Assembly (NCBI GenBank): GCA_963796965.1
Contig: CAWCNS010000011.1
Location: forward strand, 64,001-128,000
Reading direction: 5' to 3'
From: Calditrichia bacterium
Lineage (GTDB): Bacteria > Calditrichota > Calditrichia > JAJRVZ01
Length of the DNA: 64,000 nt
In this document: piece after piece, positions 44,902 to 54,728 of the stretch
Layout: every line of letters begins with the position of its first letter
Position numbering within the stretch: position 1 is the first letter of the stretch
Notes under the pieces: generated by a model
Databases searched by the model: none
Seen by the model: only the letters and a program-made list of their open reading frames with translations
What the model was told of the DNA's origin: nothing
Program-made: the position numbers and the translations under genes

Positions 44902-46257
44902 TCACTCCGGCTGTAACGCCTGTGTCTGTAGGTTTTTTTGCATCCAGGATATACCCCTTCTTAATATCCTGCTCAAACCTTCTTCCACAACCAGCATTTT
45001 CAACCGTAAATTAGTGAGCACCTTTAAATTATAATCATAACCATCAAGATAATTATCTTTTGTCAGAATCCCTTCCGACTTGTAATGCTTGTACACATTA
45101 CCACCTTTATACACTTCCAGTTTTTTATTAATCGATATCTGACATTTTTTACTGTGAAAGTAGCGACGGGTCAACTGAAACAAAACCGCAAACTGTTTTA
45201 GCAGATCAAAAAAAGTGGTATAAGCATCGGCAAGGATCACTGAAGCAATCACATCAATCTCTAGTTGATAAAGAATTCGCAATGCTCTCAAATTCTGCCG
45301 GACTGAAATCCCCTTATTAAATCTTTTTAGTTGTTTTTCATCGAATGATTCCAAACCAAGAAAGACCCTTTTTAAGCCAACCTCCTTTAAACGTCGCATC
45401 ACCGGACGACTTACCGTATCAGCCCGACACATGAGATCAAAATTTATCTTTACATTCCGATTTTCCAGTTCCCGGGCAAATGCATCAATATATTCAAGAG
45501 ATTTCTTTCCTTTTACCAGGAATTGATCGTCGTTAAATATAAACTCGGACGTCTTATACGCCTCAGATAAATATTCAAGTTCATTTACCAGGGACTGAAC
45601 CGAGCGTCTTCGCCATGGTTTTCCGGGAGAGATGCCATATAGTCCAATAATATCGCAGAATGTACACCCTCCCCAACATCCCCGTGTCCCATAAACCCGT
45701 AAGGGATGATTGCCTTCAAGAATTAAGGGTGCATATTTACGATCTACGGGAGGCAGGATGTCTAAATCTTTTATCAGGGGACGTGTTTCATTTTCAACAA
45801 TTTGATTCAGATTACGATAAGAAAGACCCTGAATTTCCTGCGGTTCTTTTATGCCTTTCCCGACCAGATAATCCAGAAGTTCTACAAGCGTTAGTTCTCC
45901 TTCTCCCCGAACCACATAATCTACTTCTAAGAAATCTCTCAATATTTCTCTTGCCGAGAAAGTAGCAAAATAGCCCCCTACTATTATCGGCCCCTCATAA
46001 CCCGCAGCCCTTATTTCTTTTATAAGTGCAAACCCTTTATTTTTGGTATTATCCAGAAGTGAGATACCAAGTACTTTGGGATCCATCTCAAGGATATAGG
46101 ATTTAGCCTCTGAAACATCCATATTTTCCAGAGCCATATCTAAGACTTCAACCAAATAATTATTAGAGCGGGCAAATGCAGAGAGGCTGAGTATCCCCAG
46201 ATGCTCACTTAGCGATCCCTTCTGCCGGGTGCCCGGATTTATCAGCAACAAATCCAT
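44902..46257 (-). CDS. Cobalamin (B12)-binding radical SAM enzyme
   Basis: N-terminal B12-binding domain (HLGI.SL, VGGYFAT, VVRGEGE), TRGCWGGCTFC (CxxxCxxC), F.DDQF, VFLGLES. Confidence 0.93.
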   Translation of the reverse strand: MDLLLINPGTRQKGSLSEHLGILSLSAFARSNNYLVEVLDMALENMDVSEAKSYILEMDPKVLGISLLDNTKNKGFALIKEIRAAGYEGPIIVGGYFATFSAREILRDFLEVDYVVRGEGELTLVELLDYLVGKGIKEPQEIQGLSYRNLNQIVENETRPLIKDLDILPPVDRKYAPLILEGNHPLRVYGTRGCWGGCTFCDIIGLYGISPGKPWRRRSVQSLVNELEYLSEAYKTSEFIFNDDQFLVKGKKSLEYIDAFARELENRNVKINFDLMCRADTVSRPVMRRLKEVGLKRVFLGLESFDEKQLKRFNKGISVRQNLRALRILYQLEIDVIASVILADAYTTFFDLLKQFAVLFQLTRRYFHSKKCQISINKKLEVYKGGNVYKHYKSEGILTKDNYLDGYDYNLKVLTNLRLKMLVVEEGLSRILRRGISWMQKNLQTQALQPE

Positions 46258-46289
46258 ATTCTAAACGCCTCCATTCTACATCTCCTACT

Positions 46290-46305
46290 TGCCAATACCG
46301 TGCCT
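46290..46305 (-). promoter_or_regulatory. Sigma54 (-24/-12) promoter of the radical SAM-peptide operon
   Basis: AGGCACGGTATTGGCA matches GG-N10-GC; GGAGG RBS at 46268-46272. Confidence 0.78.
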
Positions 46306-46388
46306 GTTTTATTAGAAATCCAATAAATCATTATAAAACAGGAAGTTAAAAACTGAGAGACTAGTTATTGGACAGAAAACACATCATC

Positions 46389-46654
46389 GAAATGTGAACT
46401 TTACTTCACATGATGTGAACTATTGTTCACATTTTACACCTGGATGCAAACTGAAATAGTTTATATACGCATGTTTTTTAGATTTTTCTTGATATAAATG
46501 CGATTAAAAGTTAAAAATATGAAAAATATTTAGATAATTGGACTCAATTACTTCATTTTTTGCCGTTCTATATCATCTATTTTACAAAATGTGATGGCAG
46601 ATTACCTGAAATGTGAACTTTACTTCACATGATGTGAACTATTGTTCACATTTT
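46389..46654. promoter_or_regulatory. Two identical 47-bp copies (46389-46435 and 46608-46654) of a tandem enhancer pair
   Basis: TGTGAACTTTACTTCACA-TGA-TGTGAACTATTGTTCACA; same motif and 21-bp spacing as the pair at 39932. Confidence 0.82.
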
Positions 46655-46728
46655 TTTAAATACCTCACCCCATTCACACCAAACATAAGTCATTGTTTAC
46701 AAAATATTTATGGCTGATTTACAATTAT

Positions 46729-46744
46729 TGGTATAGTTTTTGTC
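46729..46744 (+). promoter_or_regulatory. Divergent sigma54-like promoter for the STAS-like gene cluster
   Basis: TGGTATAGTTTTTGTC (GG-N10-GT), about 80 bp from the second enhancer copy, with IHF-like TAAGTCATTGTTT in between. Confidence 0.55.
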
Positions 46745-46871
46745 TTATCGATTATGGGAAAGTGTCAGATTTTAAATGCAACATCTTATTATGTACTCTT
46801 TACATAACAAGAATTATTTCTGAAGACTAACTCAATAATCTTCATTTTTCTAATGATGAAAGGATTTATCA

Positions 46872-47255
46872 TTGATATTAGAGATCGCATCTGATCATCA
46901 GTTAAATGTTGTTGATGTGCATTTTAAAGGTGTTATAGATCTAACCGCTATTAATTCTGCTCTTCAATCAATTATAAATCGAGCAGACTGGGAGCCTGGA
47001 AAGTCCATAATTTTTGATTATAGTGACTTAGATTTCAGAGATTTTTCATCTAAGGATATGCGTTTGGTGTCCGATATGGTTGTACGTTATAAAAATGCTT
47101 TTGGATCTGCGAAGTGGGCTTTTATCCTATCCAGTGATCTCCAATTTGGCCTGATGCGTATGTGGGAAATCATAACAGAGGACAGGGTTCCAATGAATAT
47201 AAACTTATTTAAAAACCGGACAGACGCCCGGGTATGGATCATGGATTCAAACTAG
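46872..47255 (+). CDS. STAS/SpoIIAA-like small protein, paralog 1
   Basis: I.DYS, K.AFI..SDLQFGLMRMWE, LF.....A..W. Confidence 0.7.
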   Translation: MILEIASDHQLNVVDVHFKGVIDLTAINSALQSIINRADWEPGKSIIFDYSDLDFRDFSSKDMRLVSDMVVRYKNAFGSAKWAFILSSDLQFGLMRMWEIITEDRVPMNINLFKNRTDARVWIMDSN

Positions 47256-47341
47256 AAAGTGATAATTTAATGTATAATTATACTGATAAAAAATAGTTAT
47301 CTCCAATAAACATTTCCATAGTAGAGATAACCTAATCCTGT

Positions 47342-47968
47342 TTGATCAGGGTGCTCAAAAACCAAGTCCAAACACAAATATGGCATAAAGGGATAGAGAG
47401 ATATATCACCTCACCCAAGTATATAACTATTATGACTGTTCAACTAGAAATGAGTGCTGATGCAGGCCTTCCTGAGTTAGAAGGCCTTCTCACGGAGGAT
47501 AGTAAAAGTCGGTATCAATGGCTGATCGATTGCACACCCATTACGGATCATTTCAATTTTCCTGGTGGCATGGTCGCCTATTCATTATTTAAAGCCTCAC
47601 GCTATTGTTATGTTTATGGATATTATCTGGCGTCGATGGTCCTTGGATTAGCTTATATCGAAAATACTTTGTCCGGGTTACTGATATATTCGCACCGCGC
47701 AGCCCCCCATGACAGGGGATTACCTGTTCTAACCAGAAAAGCGCGTATCGCCGGATTAATCGACGATGATATAGTTGATTGTATTGACCGCACCCGGATT
47801 TTGCGTAATAATTTCCCCCCATTTAACAATGACAAAAATTCTGGTGTGAACGAGCTGAATAATTACAAAGCTATTAAAGTCTATGAAGATGATGCACGAC
47901 GATTAATGGACATTATGATACATCTACTAAATATTAATCCTGAACCCGGATTAGACAGAGGCAATTAA
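47342..47968 (+). CDS. Hypothetical protein with a HEPN/DUF4145-like helical pattern; true start probably 47431 or 47450
   Basis: SRYCYVYGYYLAS..L....IE..L ... A...GLI ... R.LRN. Confidence 0.5.
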   Translation: MIRVLKNQVQTQIWHKGIERYITSPKYITIMTVQLEMSADAGLPELEGLLTEDSKSRYQWLIDCTPITDHFNFPGGMVAYSLFKASRYCYVYGYYLASMVLGLAYIENTLSGLLIYSHRAAPHDRGLPVLTRKARIAGLIDDDIVDCIDRTRILRNNFPPFNNDKNSGVNELNNYKAIKVYEDDARRLMDIMIHLLNINPEPGLDRGN

Positions 47969-48024
47969 ACGAATCGCTCGACCTGACCTCTGGTTACCCC
48001 CGGAACTTTGCCTTTGGACAAGCA

Positions 48025-48405
48025 ATGAAAGTTGAAACCCAAATTGATACTAAAAATAATCTTCGGATCCATACGATCACCGGAAAATTCAACCTGGCAG
48101 AATTGCTAAAAGTGCTTGCTTCTATTTATGACAGTTCGAAGCAAAACCTTGAGATGGAAGTACTATGGGATTTGCGAAAAGCCGAGGGTATAGGTTCTCT
48201 TGAGAGACAACATCTTGATAAAATAGTAAATATGGTTTCACAAAATTGGGAGGCAAGTAAACCCCGCCGGGCCGCCTTGGTGGTCTCACGGTTGGTAGAC
48301 TTTGGCCTTGCCCGTATGTACGAAATGCAAATGGAGAGCCTGTCAAACAATGAAATCCGGGTATTTAATGATTTTGAAGAGGCCATGCACTGGTTATGTG
48401 TATAG
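48025..48405 (+). CDS. STAS/SpoIIAA-like small protein, paralog 2
   Basis: LWDLR, RAALVV...VDFGLARMYE, IRVF...EEA..WL. Confidence 0.72.
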   Translation: MKVETQIDTKNNLRIHTITGKFNLAELLKVLASIYDSSKQNLEMEVLWDLRKAEGIGSLERQHLDKIVNMVSQNWEASKPRRAALVVSRLVDFGLARMYEMQMESLSNNEIRVFNDFEEAMHWLCV

Positions 48406-48434
48406 TATTTACCTATACTTCCTAATGATTAATA

Positions 48435-48836
48435 ATGAGTTATACCTATACAGTCCAGAATGATCTAAATCTTGTCCTGATACAACTGCAAGGCGATATA
48501 AATTATCTGCAGGAGGTCGAGGCCTTTTCTGCGGTCTTTATGGATGATCGAATCAGAAAAGATGTGAGAATTTTAATCGATAGGACTCAAGCCCCAATTA
48601 AGACGAATCCTGAGAAAGTCAATCAATTCATCGAAGTAGTTGCCAATAGCCTTCCTGAGGTTGGTCGTCCTAAAATTGCTCTGGTGGTTGCCGATGAGGT
48701 CGACTATGGAATGACCCGTGTACTGGAATTACAAGCCGGCACGAATGACAGCCATGACATAAGAGTGTTCTTTGAATTAGATCATGCCTTGAACTGGCTT
48801 GGGATTAAAATGGGCGAAATCAGCAAACCTGAATAA
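48435..48836 (+). CDS. STAS/SpoIIAA-like small protein, paralog 3
   Basis: LIDR, KIALVV...VDYGMTRV.E, IRVF.....A..WL. Confidence 0.72.
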   Translation: MSYTYTVQNDLNLVLIQLQGDINYLQEVEAFSAVFMDDRIRKDVRILIDRTQAPIKTNPEKVNQFIEVVANSLPEVGRPKIALVVADEVDYGMTRVLELQAGTNDSHDIRVFFELDHALNWLGIKMGEISKPE

Positions 48837-49860
48837 GCACTTTGACTACCCCATCTTCATACCCAGCCACTAAATCAAAAGCTTTTTGCACCTGCCTGAG
48901 GGGCATATTATGGGTAATAATATGATCCGTTTCTATTTTTTTTTCTGCGAGCAGTTTAATTACAGGTTTGACGGCATGATTTTGTCGTCTAACATTTAAG
49001 ATTGAAAGCTCCTTACGCCTGACGGTATCGATATCAAAAGAAATGCGATTTTCTGAAGGAATCCCGACTATCACAAGTTTCCCTCCCGGTTTTAAGATAT
49101 CCACCGCCTGATCTAACGTTTCCTGTTTGCCGGCACATTCAAAAACGACATCCATTAAATCAGGGGCTTTTTGAGAAATAGTTTTTGATATATCCATTTC
49201 CGTAGGATTTCCTTTCCAATACACGCCTGCCTCCTGCGCTAATTCCAAACGATAGTCCAACTTTTCTGTGACAAAAAGCCTCACCTGATGAAGGGCGTTC
49301 AAAATGGCCTGTACACTTAACCCAATCGGACCTGTTCCCAGAATTGCAATATCCTGTTCACGACCAAGATCCTTCACATATCGAACGGCATGGTAAGCTA
49401 TAGACAGAGGTTCAATCAGAACAGCATCGCTGAGACTGATACTATCTGGAAGAGGAAAACAATTGGATGATGGCATAACAATATATTCTGCCATCCCCCC
49501 GGAGAGTTGTCCGGCGGCACCTAAGAACTGAACATTGGGACAAATATGCTCCTTGCCCTCACTACATTGTGCACAAGTCTGACAGGGAATAGCGGGTTCA
49601 ACAAATACACGCTGACCTGTTTGTATATCACATACATCACTTCCAACAGCTTCTACTATTGCTGAACATTCATGGCCAATCGTAAAGGGGTATTTAACAA
49701 TTTGTTCACCAATCTTCCCCTCTTTGTAATAATGCATATCAGAGCCACAAACACCAACATAGCTTATTTTTAATAAAACCTCATCAGTATTTTTTATTTC
49801 CGGTTTCGGGTATTCCTGCAATTCAATTTGATTTATTGCTGTTAGTACGGCCTTCTGCAT
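48820..49860 (-). CDS. Zn-dependent (sorbitol/iditol-type) alcohol dehydrogenase
   Basis: GVCGSDMH, GHE, C..C..C.......C, IEPL, GTGPIG. Confidence 0.92.
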   Translation of the reverse strand: MQKAVLTAINQIELQEYPKPEIKNTDEVLLKISYVGVCGSDMHYYKEGKIGEQIVKYPFTIGHECSAIVEAVGSDVCDIQTGQRVFVEPAIPCQTCAQCSEGKEHICPNVQFLGAAGQLSGGMAEYIVMPSSNCFPLPDSISLSDAVLIEPLSIAYHAVRYVKDLGREQDIAILGTGPIGLSVQAILNALHQVRLFVTEKLDYRLELAQEAGVYWKGNPTEMDISKTISQKAPDLMDVVFECAGKQETLDQAVDILKPGGKLVIVGIPSENRISFDIDTVRRKELSILNVRRQNHAVKPVIKLLAEKKIETDHIITHNMPLRQVQKAFDLVAGYEDGVVKVLIQVC

Positions 49861-49881
49861 ATTGTATTTCCTAACTATGCT

Positions 49882-50913
49882 CTAATATTTCTCTCTTCGT
49901 TGATTATTTAACCAGTTTAAGGCTGCCTCGAAAATAATCTCATGCCCACCATCAAAAATCGTCACCCGCGCATCACCAGACTGACGTCTGAATAAGGGCT
50001 TTTTTTCTCCATAACTCTCATCATTAATATTTGATATCAGTTCAGGCGGTACCTTTCCCATTGAGACAAAATAAGATATTTGCTCTTCCGATAGGTGATC
50101 AGCATCCTCTGCTACTTTATTAAAGGCAAGAAGGGAATGGCTGACCGGCACCGAGCCCGTATGTCCATCCGCAATCCCGGCATTAATATCCAGGATAACA
50201 CCTTTCGCTTTTTCAAGATGCGTGAGTGGTGACCGGATCCTATATTCCTGATCGACAGCCTCAGATTCTCCCGGGGACCCCATGCAGGACAAACGGATCA
50301 TTTCCGGGTAATTGGTTGAATCTTGCACACCTTCTTCATACCAGGCAGTGAGGTCGGAAATCGAACTCCAGGCAGAGACAGCGGTCCACAGTTCAGGGTA
50401 ATAACTTGCAGCCAATAAAGCGGCCATTCCTCCCCCTGAATTTCCCACAAGGTAAATTCGAGTAGTGTCCACTGAATATTCATTCAAAACAAACTGCACA
50501 GCATCATAGATGTCCTGCATGGCCAGGGGGGATCCCGTTGCCTCAGGTTTCTTATTTGCCCCCCGGAAATTTGGATGGATAAAAATCCAATCCTTATCAA
50601 TACACCATTCAGCGTAAGGGATACTTCCGCTCTGTTTATAATCATTGGACCAGGTATGCAAGGCAACAAGCAAAGGACGGGCTTCATCTTTACCGGGATT
50701 AAAAATCAAAGCCGGTTGCGTTGATTTATCAGCTGAACTGACAATTGAAACTTCTTTAATACCCTTAGGCCATTCACTTATATCAATCCACGAAATACTT
50801 ATTGTCATGACTCCCACCAGTATTAAGATAAGATAGATTTTCACAAATTTCTTCCTTCCCATGCCGGATGATACGTCACTCAATATACGACTGAATTTCA
50901 TCTCATCTGGCAT
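49882..50913 (-). CDS. S9/esterase-type alpha/beta hydrolase
   Basis: LHTWS, HPNFRG, GNSGGG, DGH, FDGGHE. Confidence 0.82.
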   Translation of the reverse strand: MPDEMKFSRILSDVSSGMGRKKFVKIYLILILVGVMTISISWIDISEWPKGIKEVSIVSSADKSTQPALIFNPGKDEARPLLVALHTWSNDYKQSGSIPYAEWCIDKDWIFIHPNFRGANKKPEATGSPLAMQDIYDAVQFVLNEYSVDTTRIYLVGNSGGGMAALLAASYYPELWTAVSAWSSISDLTAWYEEGVQDSTNYPEMIRLSCMGSPGESEAVDQEYRIRSPLTHLEKAKGVILDINAGIADGHTGSVPVSHSLLAFNKVAEDADHLSEEQISYFVSMGKVPPELISNINDESYGEKKPLFRRQSGDARVTIFDGGHEIIFEAALNWLNNQRREKY

Positions 50914-52183
50914 TCATCTTATTTCTTATTCTCGGTTCAGGTACCTTTTTCCACCACCAAATTATCGAAATCGTAGAAAATAATCCAGCCAAAATAAAAA
51001 CCGGATTATATCCAAATTTATCCGCCAACATCCCTCCAAGCACACCGGTTAGAATGAAAGGTGCTGTAATCATATTTGTTAGGGCGACAAATACAGGCCG
51101 ATTTTCCTCCTCACACAATTCTACAACCATGGCCAAACGCGAGAGATGGAATAACGATGTGGTTAATGCTGCACCTGCAAAAACTATATAGTAAACTTCT
51201 AATACTGGTGCCCAGATTGCTGTCATACAAATAATTGAGGTAGAAACAGCAGCAACCATGAGATTGTTTCTATGGCCGAACCGATCGGCAAGATAGCCAA
51301 AGACTAAATTACCAACAATCATACTTACCATCATGATAACAAGAAAATGACCAGCATATTTTTCAGGGAGATTGAATTTTTTTAGAGCATTTACCGTATA
51401 AAATGCATCTGCCATCAATGCTGCCATCATTAAGGCATCGGCAACAAGAAAATTACGAAATCTCGTATTTTCCTTGAGAATAACAACTAAATTTTTATAG
51501 TAATCACTTCCAGTAAGTTTTTGACGCGCAACATTTGGATGCTTTTCCCTCAATAACGTCACAAAAAAATAGGAGAATATCATAAAGGTAAATGCCAACA
51601 AGAAGAGTAAGGCAAAATTATTCGGAAAAGAAATTGTATCTAAGATGTGCGTAACCAGCACACCTGCTCCAATACCCAATAGAGCCCCCAGAACAAATCG
51701 GAAAGCAAATAAACGACCGCGGAGCTGGACCGGAGTGATCTTTGATACTAGATCATACCATCCTGGAAGGCCAATACTGCCGGCTATGGATGCCATGAAT
51801 AATGTTCCTAAAACCAGCAATTGGGCGACGATACTGGGCACCTGTGTTACAAAGAAATATGTAAGAAAGGCTAGCAATAACCAGGGGAAACGTTGTATAA
51901 GGGCGGTAACTAAAACAAATTTCTTTTTAAATGGTAATTTACCCGTGTAGTTTGCAATTAAAATCTGGGGAAAGTTTAGGCCAAACATCCAGATAACGGG
52001 AATCATTCCGATGGCAAGGTTACTGCCACCTAACTTTTTTATTAAAACCGGGATCACGGTAACAAGTGATACAAAGGCCATACCCATAACATATAATGCA
52101 CCATCGAATAGATTCGCAAAGAAATTTACCTTTACATCACCAGATTCCTCAAACTGATCAAAACGAATCACAGAAACATTCAT
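50903..52183 (-). CDS. MFS transporter
   Basis: About 12 TM segments; RGRLFA, GYLADRFG, GGMLADKFG. Confidence 0.9.
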   Translation of the reverse strand: MNVSVIRFDQFEESGDVKVNFFANLFDGALYVMGMAFVSLVTVIPVLIKKLGGSNLAIGMIPVIWMFGLNFPQILIANYTGKLPFKKKFVLVTALIQRFPWLLLAFLTYFFVTQVPSIVAQLLVLGTLFMASIAGSIGLPGWYDLVSKITPVQLRGRLFAFRFVLGALLGIGAGVLVTHILDTISFPNNFALLFLLAFTFMIFSYFFVTLLREKHPNVARQKLTGSDYYKNLVVILKENTRFRNFLVADALMMAALMADAFYTVNALKKFNLPEKYAGHFLVIMMVSMIVGNLVFGYLADRFGHRNNLMVAAVSTSIICMTAIWAPVLEVYYIVFAGAALTTSLFHLSRLAMVVELCEEENRPVFVALTNMITAPFILTGVLGGMLADKFGYNPVFILAGLFSTISIIWWWKKVPEPRIRNKMNAR

Positions 52184-52490
52184 CCTCTAACATAAATCTC
52201 TTGCGCTATAGTAGTACAAAACAATTAGTTAGTATCTAATATAATTTTGAGATTTAACTTTGATTTTCACTATCAACTAAATTAACATATAAGAATAACA
52301 GTTACAATATTGATAGCCACCAACAAAAAAGTGAAAAAGAGGCTGACAAAAGAAATATTTACCACGGAGATACCCCCGTGAAACGGGGCAGGCCAGAAAG
52401 ACACAGAATAATAAAATTGATATATTACAATTAGATTCCGTCCAAATTTATAATTCTAAATTCTCAATTCTTAATTGCTTCCAGGTTTAG

Positions 52491-54728
52491 TTACTCCCAC
52501 GCCATCTTGAAGACATACATAAAATAGGCAACAAGATATAATAGAAGACATATTATCATCATAAAGTTAAATCCCAACGTGAAAGCTACAAATACAGCTA
52601 ATGTTGATCCAAAAATAGAAGCGGTTCCATTAACGGCAAAGCCCCAATCAACAAGATTTCCTACGCGCAGAGCTGCTTTAGGAAAGGGCATCCCCATAAA
52701 AAAGCCCAGAGGTGCGACAAAAATAACAACCAGAATAATTCTGGACCAAAGTTCAAGATCACCGAACCAATACATCATCTTGGTAAGAAAAAAGATATCT
52801 AACAAGATCCAAAATATTATAAATGAAAAGACAAGATTCTCATCTGTTTTTTTTGAGAACCGACTCCCTATTCCTGAACTTATCAGGAGAGTAAATAAAA
52901 TTGTAATAATGCTATAAACGGAAGGACCTATTAATAGGGTATATTTCTGTATTAAAATAATTTCCAGCCCCATAAAAGCCATTCCAATCGTAAAAAAATA
53001 AAGCCAGGGTATCATTCTTAATTTTTCACCCGAATAGAAATAGGGTAATAGATTAAGGGGGGTAATGAATAGGAATACAGCAAATAAGATTATCACTACT
53101 ATCAAACGGGAAAGCGGAAATCCAAGCCAATCACTATATCCGGCGATCCGCTTAATTTTAGAGAAATCAAGATTATCCCATAATCCCATTTGGGCAATAA
53201 AGGGCCGATCATCATCACTTGGTTCGAGATTTAATTTTGATGAATCCGCCATTGCTCTCCAACCCCTCTCAATCTGTTGGTTGTAACGATTGTCTTTTAG
53301 AGAATCGGGAGCAGGATAAAGCATTTCCGCATAACGAAAATCTTTCCTCGCATACTCACCCCACGCTTCATCAAGTAAATCCTGAGTTAGGGGCTTCTTA
53401 GAAAGCAATAACATTTTCCTGCTGCTGTTTTTTAAGGCATAAACAGCAATATGTGATTGGGGGGATTCAACGCCCAGACGCTGAAGCGCTTCCATGACTG
53501 CACTGACAAGACGGGGCATGAACGCCTGATGCTCCATTAACAAATACCCTTTGTGACTAAGTGCATGCCAGTAATCCATAAAAGCTTCTGTTGTATAGAT
53601 ATAATTTTCAGCCAGGGCAAAAGCACCAGAGGCTAAAGCAGCAAAAGAGTTGGAGCTGAATGAATAAATGAGATCAAATTTTCCATCAAAGCGACGCACA
53701 TAGGACCTGGCATCTTCGGAGACAACGATTACACGATTATCATTGTATATATTCCCCGAAAACTCAGCCAGATCACCTTCTAAAAGTAAGTGATTTAAAT
53801 GAGCAATAACTTCTACAGCATGGATTTCTGTCGCACCATCCTGCAAAGCCTGGAAGACATCCTGTCCCCCTCCGGCACCCAATGATAAAAAAGTGCAGGA
53901 ATCAAATTTACTAATCAAATACGCGACAATATGAAATCCAAACTTTAATGAATCCGGTCGATCCCAGTTTCCATCAAAACCATTTACGCCGGTATTGGCT
54001 GCATTGTCAATATTGATGCGTCGGTACTCCTCGCCATAATCGTAGATTTTGATTTTTGACATGGCATCCCAATGTTTATAGATAACCGGTATTTTTTCTT
54101 CTCTGGGCACCTCTAAGATATCATCTGCATAATATCCAATAATGCAGAGAAGTAAGATTGCACTTAGTGGTAAAATTTTTCGTAATCCTCGGATATGTAA
54201 TATAGCGAGAAGAAAAAGTGGCAGAGAAGAAACTACAACGGTAATAGGTGTTCCTAAAATATTCATTAAAACGATAGAAAATATGACACCAAATCCTGCC
54301 CCAATTAAATCACCCATGTATAGATATGGCATTTCCTGTGGTTTATTTTTAAAAATTAATCCCAGGGTCATACCACCAAAAAAGAAAGTACTATTAAGAA
54401 TAATTAATGTTAGGAAGAGTTTCCCTACCATAAAAATATCAAAAAACAGGACAGAGAAGTCAAGCCCTAGCCTGAATACAAGCGGTGGCCCAATGAGGGC
54501 GGCAAGGCCTGAAAGAGATAACATCCAGCCAAGATTATTTAAATTATCAAGTTTTTTAAATAGACGAAGACTTAAGGCACCTAAGCCAAGTCCGGCAACA
54601 GCTAACGATAATACAAGGAATGCAAAAGTATAGAAAAATTCAGCGGAAAAAATTCTGGTCCAGGCCATCTCCAATGATATAAGTGAAAAAGATAATACAG
54701 CTACCGTCAACATCCTGTTTCGATTCAT
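52491..54728 (-). CDS. Membrane-fused spermidine synthase-like SAM-dependent methyltransferase-fold protein
   Basis: N- and C-terminal TM blocks; LGAGGG.DV, AVE, DARS, ENYIYTTEAF, SDDDRPF, GMPFP, W.FAVNG.AS. Confidence 0.82.
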   Translation of the reverse strand: MNRNRMLTVAVLSFSLISLEMAWTRIFSAEFFYTFAFLVLSLAVAGLGLGALSLRLFKKLDNLNNLGWMLSLSGLAALIGPPLVFRLGLDFSVLFFDIFMVGKLFLTLIILNSTFFFGGMTLGLIFKNKPQEMPYLYMGDLIGAGFGVIFSIVLMNILGTPITVVVSSLPLFLLAILHIRGLRKILPLSAILLLCIIGYYADDILEVPREEKIPVIYKHWDAMSKIKIYDYGEEYRRINIDNAANTGVNGFDGNWDRPDSLKFGFHIVAYLISKFDSCTFLSLGAGGGQDVFQALQDGATEIHAVEVIAHLNHLLLEGDLAEFSGNIYNDNRVIVVSEDARSYVRRFDGKFDLIYSFSSNSFAALASGAFALAENYIYTTEAFMDYWHALSHKGYLLMEHQAFMPRLVSAVMEALQRLGVESPQSHIAVYALKNSSRKMLLLSKKPLTQDLLDEAWGEYARKDFRYAEMLYPAPDSLKDNRYNQQIERGWRAMADSSKLNLEPSDDDRPFIAQMGLWDNLDFSKIKRIAGYSDWLGFPLSRLIVVIILFAVFLFITPLNLLPYFYSGEKLRMIPWLYFFTIGMAFMGLEIILIQKYTLLIGPSVYSIITILFTLLISSGIGSRFSKKTDENLVFSFIIFWILLDIFFLTKMMYWFGDLELWSRIILVVIFVAPLGFFMGMPFPKAALRVGNLVDWGFAVNGTASIFGSTLAVFVAFTLGFNFMMIICLLLYLVAYFMYVFKMAWE

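Noticed and set aside
46389..46654. Mini-CRISPR or transposon ends
   Set aside because: The 21-bp tandem palindromes with 3-nt gaps, placed upstream of -24/-12 promoters, fit enhancer sites. There are no spacers and no transposase.
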